A stretch of 64,000 nt of DNA, from NCBI GenBank assembly GCA_039683575.1, contig JBDKRC010000245.1:20909-84908 (forward strand), in the 5' to 3' direction. The position numbers were made by a program, and so were the translations under genes. The notes beneath the pieces are model-generated. The model was given only the letters and a program-made list of their open reading frames with translations. It ran no database searches and had not been told where the DNA came from. Below, piece by piece: positions 20,401 to 26,928 of this stretch. This DNA comes from Armatimonadia bacterium. Lineage in GTDB: Bacteria; Armatimonadota; Zipacnadia; Zipacnadales; UBA11051. The number at the start of each line of letters is the position of its first letter. Positions within the stretch are counted from its first letter, which is position 1.

Positions 20401-20689
20401 AATGCAGCCCATCCTGATGACCACCATGGCCACCATCATGGGCATGATCCCAACTGCCATAGCGCTGAGCGAAGGCTCTGAATGGCGTTCACCGATGGCC
20501 ATCGCCGTGATCTTCGGCCTTGCCCTGTCAACTCTGCTATCGCTGATCGTGGTACCAGCCTCCTACTGCATCTGGGACTCCGTGGGGACCTTTTGCACGA
20601 CGTGTGTCGGCGGCCTGATTAGGCGCTTCGGTGGCGAAACCCAGCAGGAGCAGGAGAAGCCCCGGCAAGATGATGGGCGGAAGGAGTAG
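17474..20689 (+). CDS. RND efflux permease (AcrB/HAE1 family)
   Basis: 1071 aa; YPGASP, GILVDDSIVVLENI, GIVGKNAIL, RMQPILMT. Confidence 0.95.
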   Translation: MLTRFAINRRVTISMFILGLVIMGLVGLSKMPWDLNPKVDFPMVSVTVPYPGASPQEIEQRIVRTLEDQVSVINGVDQVTSQCQENIGVVSIRFRYGTDVDVAAADVRDALDRTKAEFPDDVEAASIYKLDIGAMPVITMGITGDRPPRDLRKMVEDTIKPVLGQVPGVAAVTISGGEEREIQILANRDRLDAVQMSISDLARDLANQNLDIPSGNIKAGIRDYAVRALGQFSSMDEIRQLRIDTPVGLIPLRDIAEVLDTVAEPSTLARTDGVPAVGVSVLKQSEANTVSVVEGVRQRLEMLLGTQGKPGKLPGDIKAVVSYDASERVKEAIYDVRDALMWGALLAAVVVFLFLHNFRGTIIVALAIPTCIMMTFLPIGLGLGFTLNMMVMLGLALSVGILVDDSIVVLENIDRHLQMGEQPATAAYNGRTEIGAAAVALTSVDVVVYVPVAMMGGIVGRFFYSFGITVFICTIFSLFVAFTLTPMLASWWYQRTDRRKGHRLGLWARFFAAFDSSYAALERAYVRLLKPAIRHPYITVAVGYAFLIFVFIVIGPRLGQEFFPQSDEGRLSVEIETAVGTRLEETDRLTRIMEQRLLNRQKYPEVTDLDVTVGQGSASHFGTGNQGGRFASISVTMSGRKERLHAQQRSDVALAEQLRKDFSDIPNATIKVLPATGNGPGSAALEYNVLSEDEEALDRAAALLVAELRKNPRLFYVDISSKPGRPEIHARIDRLRCADMGLTVAKVSAALRTAFAGDTSSKYREAGDEYEMRVEFREFDRSRVQDVGNLFVGMSDRDGVDQPVRLRDVADITMSSGPSRIERYNRQRTVTVSAQPVPGYASDKAQKDFEAAAAKIDIPGVTFAWTGMAQMMRESFAFMGQAMLLSVILVYLVTAALYNSVLEPLNVMLTLPMALAGAFLGLYICGMNMSVVAIIGFIMLMGIVGKNAILVVDYTNTLRARGMTRTEALETAGPHRMQPILMTTMATIMGMIPTAIALSEGSEWRSPMAIAVIFGLALSTLLSLIVVPASYCIWDSVGTFCTTCVGGLIRRFGGETQQEQEKPRQDDGRKE

Positions 20690-20691
20690 TC

Positions 20692-21000
20692 ATGACTGAC
20701 GACGCAGCCAATACCAAACTCGTCTTCATCATCTGCGACCAGAGCGTCGAGCCGGACGTTATGGATACTCTACAGCAGCAAGGACTGGGGCATCACACTT
20801 TGTGGGGAGATTGCCAGGGGGCTGGGACTACGGGCATCCGTCAGGGCAATCCCATCTGGCCGGGGCTCAATACAGTCGTTATGGTTGTCATGGAGGAAAC
20901 GCAGATAGAGCCCCTGAGGCGGGAGCTTCACGCGCTGCGGGACACCTTCGCGATCACGCCCGGCTTGAAGATGATCATCACGGATGCGGTCATGATCTAG
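20692..21000 (+). CDS. PII-like transporter-associated protein (PG0541-type)
   Basis: 102 aa after the RND permease; QGAGTTG...IWPGLN motif, PII/ferredoxin-like pattern. Confidence 0.7.
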   Translation: MTDDAANTKLVFIICDQSVEPDVMDTLQQQGLGHHTLWGDCQGAGTTGIRQGNPIWPGLNTVVMVVMEETQIEPLRRELHALRDTFAITPGLKMIITDAVMI

Positions 21001-21973
21001 CGCCGAAGTGATTCCACCCGCCCGATTGCAGCGCCAACGGCTGGTCATCCTCCCCGGTAACCACAACCTCGCTGCCAGGGACTACCTCTCCGACCACCGT
21101 CAGAGCAATACCAGCGGCGTCCTGTAACTCCGGCATGGCCTCCGCCGGAGCCGTAAACAGCAGTTCGAAATCCTCGCCACCCGTCAGCGCCCATGTGAGC
21201 GGGTCTGACCGAAGATCCTGAGCTACCTTTCTTGTCTCCTCTGAGATGGGCACCAGGCCAGCACGTATCGCTATCCCCACGCCACTCCGCTCACAGAGAT
21301 GCCCCGCGTCCTGCACTAACCCGTCACTGACGTCCAGACAAGCCGTGATGGCTCCGAGACTGTTAAGCGCTGCTGCCTGTGCCACACGCGGCACAGGAGC
21401 CGCATATCGATGCCAGCAGGGAATCCCCTCAAGACCGGCAGACTTCGCGGCAACGGCCGCTGCTGACCCACCCAGGTCCCCGGTCACGGCCAATACGTCA
21501 CCAACGCAAGCTCCGTCGCGGCGCCAGATGTGCTCCCGGCAACGCCCCAGAAGTATGATATCCAACCCCACGTGCTCGTGGGCCGCGATGGTGTCTCCTC
21601 CCAGCAGACATGCCCCGAACCGTTCCGCCTGATCAACTACGCCACGCACCAGGTTCTCCGCCTCCTCCACTTCCATCCTCGGTGGGAGCGCCGTTGATAC
21701 AAAAGCAAAGCACGGTTCGGCTCCCATCGCGGCGACATCACTCAGGCACGCCGTCATCGCGCGGGACCCAACCTGATATGGCGTGAGCCAGTCCAGACGG
21801 AAGTGCCGCCCCTCCAGCATGGCGTCGGTAGTCACCGCGAGCCTGTCGCCGGAGGATGTCTCGATGACGGCGCAGTCATCGCCGATCGCCAGTATTACGT
21901 CGGCGCGCGAACAGTGGGTGAAGCGGCGGACGCTGTCTATGAAGCCAAACTCGCCCAGATCGTGCAGGCGCAT
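20990..21973 (-). CDS. thiL: Thiamine-monophosphate kinase
   Basis: GEFGFI, IGDDCA, LSDVAAMG, GGDT, DVSDGL, GGEDFEL. Confidence 0.93.
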   Translation of the reverse strand: MRLHDLGEFGFIDSVRRFTHCSRADVILAIGDDCAVIETSSGDRLAVTTDAMLEGRHFRLDWLTPYQVGSRAMTACLSDVAAMGAEPCFAFVSTALPPRMEVEEAENLVRGVVDQAERFGACLLGGDTIAAHEHVGLDIILLGRCREHIWRRDGACVGDVLAVTGDLGGSAAAVAAKSAGLEGIPCWHRYAAPVPRVAQAAALNSLGAITACLDVSDGLVQDAGHLCERSGVGIAIRAGLVPISEETRKVAQDLRSDPLTWALTGGEDFELLFTAPAEAMPELQDAAGIALTVVGEVVPGSEVVVTGEDDQPLALQSGGWNHFGARS

Positions 21974-21988
21974 GCGGAAGCCTCCGCT

Positions 21989-22021
21989 CAAAAACAAAAA
22001 GCCCGGACCAAGTCCGGGCTT
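21989..22021 (-). terminator. Intrinsic terminator after the response regulator
   Basis: Minus strand AAGCCCGGAC-TTG-GTCCGGGCTT followed by TTTGTTTTT. Confidence 0.8.
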
Positions 22022-22041
22022 CAGTGCAATTTCTGCTGGGG

Positions 22042-22452
22042 TTAGACCTCCCAGACGCCTTCTTCCTCAGTATGCGGCTCGTCAAGGCTCTGGAAGATAC
22101 GCTCGACGAAAACAAGCAACTCGCGGGGGTTGAAGGGCTTCGTGAGGTAAGAACTCACGCCTGAGGCCCAACCCTTGAAGATATCCGCGTCCTGCGCCTT
22201 GGCGGTCAGCATGATGACCGGGATATTCTGATAGCGCGGGTCGGCTTGGAGGTTCTTGAGTACCTCAAACCCGTCCATGCGTGGCATCATGACGTCGAGC
22301 ACCACCATGTCTGGATTTTCCGTCTTCACCTTCTCGAGGGCTTCTATACCATCATAAGCGGTCAGAATCTCATATCCGGCCCGCTCCAGGTTCACCTGGA
22401 CCAACCGGACAATGTGCCGCTCGTCGTCAACCACGAGAATTCGTCTTGCCAT
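22042..22452 (-). CDS. Stand-alone response regulator receiver protein
   Basis: ILVVDDE, VLDVMMP.MDG, MLTAK, YLTKPF; no output domain. Confidence 0.93.
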   Translation of the reverse strand: MARRILVVDDERHIVRLVQVNLERAGYEILTAYDGIEALEKVKTENPDMVVLDVMMPRMDGFEVLKNLQADPRYQNIPVIMLTAKAQDADIFKGWASGVSSYLTKPFNPRELLVFVERIFQSLDEPHTEEEGVWEV

Positions 22453-22586
22453 AGTGTGCAAGCCCTCCTTGGCTAGAGGCGCACTGGTCTGCTAAAGGTA
22501 GGCAGGCGTTCACGGATGCTCGGGGACAGTAGCGCCCGACCATCCCCCGCTACGCCTGAGTTACCATCACGATAGTAACTGCTGCA

Positions 22587-22616
22587 ATTATAGCAAAGCC
22601 TCTCGGGCCTTGTCAA
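22587..22616 (-). promoter_or_regulatory. Consensus sigma70 promoter for the response regulator
   Basis: Minus strand TTGACA-18 bp-TATAAT with TGn extension. Confidence 0.75.
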
Positions 22617-22730
22617 ACCTGTCAAGTTGCATTGCTGCAATATCTTCCGCCCGGCTCAGGCTCGGCTGTGATGCGGCCCATTCAGCCGCTGCAACCATGC
22701 AAGGCGCCTCCGTATGCTATGCCCTATGCC

Positions 22731-22759
22731 TTGCGAACCTGTGAGCGTTGTGATATACT
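22731..22759 (+). promoter_or_regulatory. Sigma70 promoter for the rpmH operon
   Basis: TTGCGA-17 bp-TATACT with TGn extension. Confidence 0.65.
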
Positions 22760-22878
22760 ATTTTCCACGCGGCCTGCGGGCAGTGCCTGTATGGGCGCGG
22801 ATTTCGTTCTTGATCACCGGCCAGGTGGTCTATCCCAAAAAAAACTACGCATGAGCGTCAGCTTCAGGGTGGCTTGAG

Positions 22879-23013
22879 ATGAAAAGGACGTTTCAACCCA
22901 AGCGGCGGCCTCGCCTCCGCAAGATGGGCTTCCTCGCAAAGATGGCAACCAAGGCCGGTCGCCGGACGATTGCTCGTCGGCGGGCCAAGGGCCGCGTGCG
23001 GTTGGCCGCGTAG
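22879..23013 (+). CDS. rpmH: 50S ribosomal protein L34 (absent from the ORF track)
   Basis: Manual translation [44 protein letters not shown]. Confidence 0.96.
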   Translation: MKRTFQPKRRPRLRKMGFLAKMATKAGRRTIARRRAKGRVRLAA

Positions 23014-23091
23014 GTGCAGCCGGGCTGAACGTCTTTCAGCGTGGTCTGCGGGACAGTCAGCACAGTGGTTGTGAAACCAAGCGGAGCACAT

Positions 23092-23493
23092 GTGGCACCT
23101 TTGCCTGTCGCAAACGAGCGGAGCCGGGAGCTTCTGCCGGCCTCGATCAGCCGGCAGAGCGACTTCAGCCGCATCTACAAGCAGGGCAGGCGTTACCGCA
23201 CCAGCCTCTTCACTGCAGTGGTTGTACGTCACGACGACCCTTGTCGTGCTGCCTTCGTCGTAAGCCGCAAAGTGGCCAAACAGGCTGTGCGCCGCAATCG
23301 CATCCGCCGCTGGCTGAGGGAAGCTCTGCGCAGGCTGTTGGCGGGAGCCGAATGTCGAGCGGACATCGTGCTCATCGCTCATCAACCCGCATACAAGGCA
23401 GGCTACTGGGCGATATACCGCGAACTCGCCAATATGCTTGGCCGCGCCGGCCTGATAACCCGGGGAGACCCCTCTAAGCAGCAGGAGGGTTAA
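23092..23493 (+). CDS. rnpA: Ribonuclease P protein component (start uncertain)
   Basis: [31 protein letters not shown]; between rpmH and yidD. Confidence 0.92.
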   Translation: MAPLPVANERSRELLPASISRQSDFSRIYKQGRRYRTSLFTAVVVRHDDPCRAAFVVSRKVAKQAVRRNRIRRWLREALRRLLAGAECRADIVLIAHQPAYKAGYWAIYRELANMLGRAGLITRGDPSKQQEG

Positions 23494-23495
23494 CA

Positions 23496-23732
23496 GTGGC
23501 AAGAGTACTGGTATGGCTGATCAGGCTGTACCAGCGTTTTTCGCGCCTGCTTCCCCCTGCTTGTCGTTTTCGGCCTACCTGCTCCGAGTATGCTATTGAG
23601 GCTATTCAGATCCACGGCGTAGTGAAGGGCGTCGCCATGGCGGCCTGGCGCATTTTGCGTTGTAACCCTTTCTGCCACGGAGGGGATGACCCGGTGCCGC
23701 CGCGGCGCACGAAGTCTGGTTTTCAGCAATAG
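23496..23732 (+). CDS. yidD: Membrane protein insertion efficiency factor
   Basis: [24 protein letters not shown]. Confidence 0.95.
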   Translation: MARVLVWLIRLYQRFSRLLPPACRFRPTCSEYAIEAIQIHGVVKGVAMAAWRILRCNPFCHGGDDPVPPRRTKSGFQQ

Positions 23733-23755
23733 AGAGATATAGGTCTTAACATACA

Positions 23756-25438
23756 ATGAGTCGCATTTTCACAGTGACGGTGCTGCTCCTTACCCTCGGG
23801 CTGGCATGCCTGCCCTTGGGTGCTAAGGAGCTTCCCTCCCAGCAGGGCCTGCCCTCGGAACTCACGATTGCTCCGCGGCCAGCTCTGGCCGAGCAATTGG
23901 TGACACTGCAGGCTCTCGAGAAGTACATACAGGAGAACCGGCCGCATGGTGGCGGGTTCGTAACCGCGCTGCGGGGCATGTTTGCGCCCTCAGGAGTTCG
24001 AGCCGTTCCGGTGGCACCTGAGGTCCTGCTCAAGACGCCCGCACCCTTTGTTGGCAAACCCGTGAGTGTATCCGGGGTCTATCAGGCAACCGGCCCCGAG
24101 ACCGGCAAGTTCTCTCTCGAGACACAGCCTCTGCTCATCTCGCTGCCTGCTAACCTGCCCATGGCAGGCCTCCCCAAGAGTGGCCCGAATGGGCTCTCCG
24201 TCACCGTCGAAGGTATCGTGGAGAGCGGCGCCCTTGGCGTGCAGGTGCGGGCGACCAGCATCAAGCCTTCAGACTGGTTGACGCTGCTGCGGATCGGTCG
24301 CATCTACGAGCTTATGGGGCAGAAGGAGCAGGCGGAGAAGACGTACGAAAGCGCCTTCCCTGTCGCTCAGGCAGCCCGAAGCCCGTTCGCTGCTTTCGCC
24401 AAGACCAGTGCCGGACGTATTGCCTACGAGTTGCGGAACGTCAATCGGGCTCGCAACCACTACGCCGCAGCCTGGAACCCGCTTACCGGAACGACGCCGC
24501 AGGGCGAGCCCAAGTACTATACCTGGGTTCCGCTTGAAGACGGCTCAGGCTGGGAGAAGTTGCCCGTATCAAAGGCCATCGGGCCGCCGCTTGACCGCCT
24601 CAACAAGACCGATTTCTGGTACCGGTTCATGGACTTCTTTGTCGAGCTCGCCGGCGGGAGTCGCTGGCTCGGCATAGTCCTGCTCTCGATCATGAGCCGC
24701 GTCATCATCTGGCCGCTCACCAAGAAGCAGCTAGCTTCGGCGGAGGCAATGAAGCGCCTGCAGCCCCAGATCAAGGCTCTCCAGGATCGCTACGCAGACG
24801 ATAAGGCCAAGTTCCAGCAGGAATTCTGGCAGCTATGTCAGGCCAATGGCGTCAACCCACTCGGCGGCTGTCTGCCGATGATTGTGCAGATGCCTATCCT
24901 GATCCTGCTGTGGAAGGGCATCCGTAACTACATCGTTCAGTTTGACGGGTACGGGTTTCTCTGGGTCAAGAACCTGGCAGCGCCCGATATGGGGCTGCTG
25001 GTCGCCTACACCATCAGCATGATCGCGTTCCAGAAGATGACGGCGAAGCTGCAGGCCTCGCCGACGATGACGGCGCAGCAGGCCCAGCAGCAGCAGATGA
25101 TGACCTACATGATGCCCCTGATGTTCTTCTTCTTCTTCAGGGACTTCCCCGCGGCATTCCTGCTGTACTGGTTGGCGACAAACATCGTCTACTTCATGCA
25201 GCAGTACATGTACAGCCGCAGCCTGCCAAAGACCGACGCCGCTGACGGCGAGCCGCTGAGTTCTGACAAGAGCGGCGGGTTCGCCGGCACCATGGCGAAA
25301 ATGATGTCAATGAAGAATGAGGGCGAGGAGCCCCCGGCCGTTGAGAAGAAGAGCTTTCACGAGAAGCAAGCCGCTGACCAGGGCAAGAAGATTGCGAAGA
25401 CGCCTGACAAGAGTAGCGCCAAGCGCGGGCGCAAGTAG
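23756..25438 (+). CDS. yidC: Membrane protein insertase YidC with atypical N-terminal domain
   Basis: IIWPLT, MKRLQPQIKALQ, NPLGGCLP..VQMPI, FPAAFLLYW..N; synteny. Confidence 0.92.
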   Translation: MSRIFTVTVLLLTLGLACLPLGAKELPSQQGLPSELTIAPRPALAEQLVTLQALEKYIQENRPHGGGFVTALRGMFAPSGVRAVPVAPEVLLKTPAPFVGKPVSVSGVYQATGPETGKFSLETQPLLISLPANLPMAGLPKSGPNGLSVTVEGIVESGALGVQVRATSIKPSDWLTLLRIGRIYELMGQKEQAEKTYESAFPVAQAARSPFAAFAKTSAGRIAYELRNVNRARNHYAAAWNPLTGTTPQGEPKYYTWVPLEDGSGWEKLPVSKAIGPPLDRLNKTDFWYRFMDFFVELAGGSRWLGIVLLSIMSRVIIWPLTKKQLASAEAMKRLQPQIKALQDRYADDKAKFQQEFWQLCQANGVNPLGGCLPMIVQMPILILLWKGIRNYIVQFDGYGFLWVKNLAAPDMGLLVAYTISMIAFQKMTAKLQASPTMTAQQAQQQQMMTYMMPLMFFFFFRDFPAAFLLYWLATNIVYFMQQYMYSRSLPKTDAADGEPLSSDKSGGFAGTMAKMMSMKNEGEEPPAVEKKSFHEKQAADQGKKIAKTPDKSSAKRGRK

Positions 25439-25465
25439 CCCCGCTCCAGGTTCTGAAAAGGGAGG

Positions 25466-26224
25466 TTGGCAGTGGACACTGTAGAGACCACTGGTAAAAC
25501 CATAGAAGAGGCCAGGGCAGCAGCCCTACAGCAACTCCAGGCGACCGAGGATGAGGTGGAGTTCGAGGTAATCGAAGAGCCCCGCAAGCTGCTCGGCTTC
25601 CTCGGCACGCAGGGCGACTACCATCTCAGGGCTACCCGCAAGGGCACGATGGCCACTGGCGAAGCACCGGTTGAGACCGTACCGGAAGAGCAGCCGGTGG
25701 CAGAGGCCGGTGCGCCCCAGGTGCAGCCGATCAATGACCTCGCATCCACTGGTGCCGGTGCTGTTGAGCAGGTTGTGGCCCAGCGAGCGATCGAGTTTCT
25801 CGCTGAGACAACGAGGCTCATGGGCCTGCACACTGATGTTGTCGTGGTCAACTCCGAACCTGGTGAGATCGAACTTGAGATCCGCGGTGAAGGCCTCGGT
25901 CTGTTGATCGGGCGGCACGGCGCCACACTCGACGCTCTTCAGATGCTCGCGGCAGTAGTGGGCAACACCGGCCTCAGTCAGGGAGCGCGCGTTGTGGTTG
26001 ATGCCGAGCAGTATCGGGAACGCCGACGGGAGATGCTGCGCAAGATGGCCTTGCAGCAAGCCGAGAAGGCCAAAGAGTCACAGCAGGAAGTCGTCATCCC
26101 GGATCTCAAAGCCTTCGAGCGGCGTATCGTTCATCTTACGCTTAAGGACGATCCAGACGTGGAGACCTACAGCGAGGGCGAAGGCGACGATCGCTGCATA
26201 GTCATCTCCCCTCGAAATGTATAA
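25466..26224 (+). CDS. jag: RNA-binding protein Jag/EloR (Jag_N, KH, R3H)
   Basis: TGKTIEEA, LLIGRHGATLDALQ, ERRIVH, TYSEGEG. Confidence 0.93.
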   Translation: MAVDTVETTGKTIEEARAAALQQLQATEDEVEFEVIEEPRKLLGFLGTQGDYHLRATRKGTMATGEAPVETVPEEQPVAEAGAPQVQPINDLASTGAGAVEQVVAQRAIEFLAETTRLMGLHTDVVVVNSEPGEIELEIRGEGLGLLIGRHGATLDALQMLAAVVGNTGLSQGARVVVDAEQYRERRREMLRKMALQQAEKAKESQQEVVIPDLKAFERRIVHLTLKDDPDVETYSEGEGDDRCIVISPRNV

Positions 26225-26241
26225 CATGGTTGGGGTAAATG

Positions 26242-26279
26242 AAGCGCCCGGCAGATTTCTGCCGGGCGTTTTTGTTTTT
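26242..26279 (+). terminator. Intrinsic terminator of the rpmH-jag operon
   Basis: GCGCCCGGCAGA-TT-TCTGCCGGGCGT followed by TTTTGTTTTT. Confidence 0.85.
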
Positions 26280-26372
26280 GGGGCTGCGCAAGTATAGTTT
26301 GATGGCGCTGTGTGATTGCAGAAACAAAACGATGTTATGGATCGGCAATCCAGCCTGGAACATGCACCCACG

Positions 26373-26502
26373 AAAGAAATGAAACCCCTGAGAGTGATCT
26401 CAGGGGTTTCTATGACGAAAGGAGAGCGCCGGGGGAGGGAACTGGCGATACCACTCGAGCTCGATAGGATAATACTTGCTCTCAGTATGGGCGCTCGCCT
26501 GT
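26373..26502 (-). ncRNA. Candidate structured small RNA (~130 nt)
   Basis: Minus-strand TATAAT at 26514-26509; 9/10-bp closing stem 26421-26430/26490-26499; internal hairpin; perfect 13-bp hairpin 26381-26410 followed by ATTTCTTT. Confidence 0.5.
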
Positions 26503-26544
26503 GACTCCATTATACCCCTTATTCTGAAATGTCATTACTGTTTT

Positions 26545-26560
26545 TTCGCCAAATGGCGAA
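26545..26560. promoter_or_regulatory. Palindromic operator-like site
   Basis: TTCGCCA-AA-TGGCGAA flanked by T-tracts, between divergent promoters. Confidence 0.45.
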
Positions 26561-26570
26561 TTTTTTTGAA

Positions 26571-26599
26571 TTGACAATCGAACAAACGTTTGATAGACT
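26571..26599 (+). promoter_or_regulatory. Sigma70 promoter with LexA (GAAC-N4-GTTC type) SOS box in the spacer
   Basis: TTGACA-17 bp-TAGACT; CGAACAAACGTTTG at 26579-26592. Confidence 0.8.
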
Positions 26600-26651
26600 C
26601 CGTCCCACTATCAAGCAGATCATCCGAAAGGACAAGCCTCATATAGCCGTG

Positions 26652-26909
26652 ATGCTGATGACCAAAACACTCGATGAACCCCTTGAGATCATCGAAGACC
26701 ACGCCGACCAGCCGCCGCGGCGCTTCCTGTGGCGCCAGCATGAAAGGCAGTTAACTGCCTGCGGCGCCCATTGGATCCAACGCGGACGGTGGTGGCTCGG
26801 CGAGACTCCTAAGTCGTATTTTCGCATAACCACGCTAGATAATATCACTATCGATCTTTGTCTCGACAGGGCGTCCCATACTTGGACTGTCGCTCGTATC
26901 TGGGATTAG
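26652..26909 (+). CDS. DUF6504-like small protein (ImuB-C-like); start uncertain
   Basis: P.RFLWR...HW...GRWW......YFRI...DL.......WTVARIWD pattern; directly upstream of dnaE2. Confidence 0.75.
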   Translation: MLMTKTLDEPLEIIEDHADQPPRRFLWRQHERQLTACGAHWIQRGRWWLGETPKSYFRITTLDNITIDLCLDRASHTWTVARIWD

Positions 26910-26928
26910 TAGCAAAAGCAGTACTGAC

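Noticed and set aside
21974-22041. TPP riboswitch upstream of thiL
   Set aside because: No TPP core motifs; the space is occupied by a terminator
22453-22878. Possible oriC upstream of rpmH
   Set aside because: No dnaA, no consensus DnaA boxes (best TTTTCCACG), no AT-rich unwinding element
26316-26504. 62-aa plus-strand ORF
   Set aside because: TTG start without RBS, runs through a strong hairpin, no recognisable motif; an RNA explanation fits better
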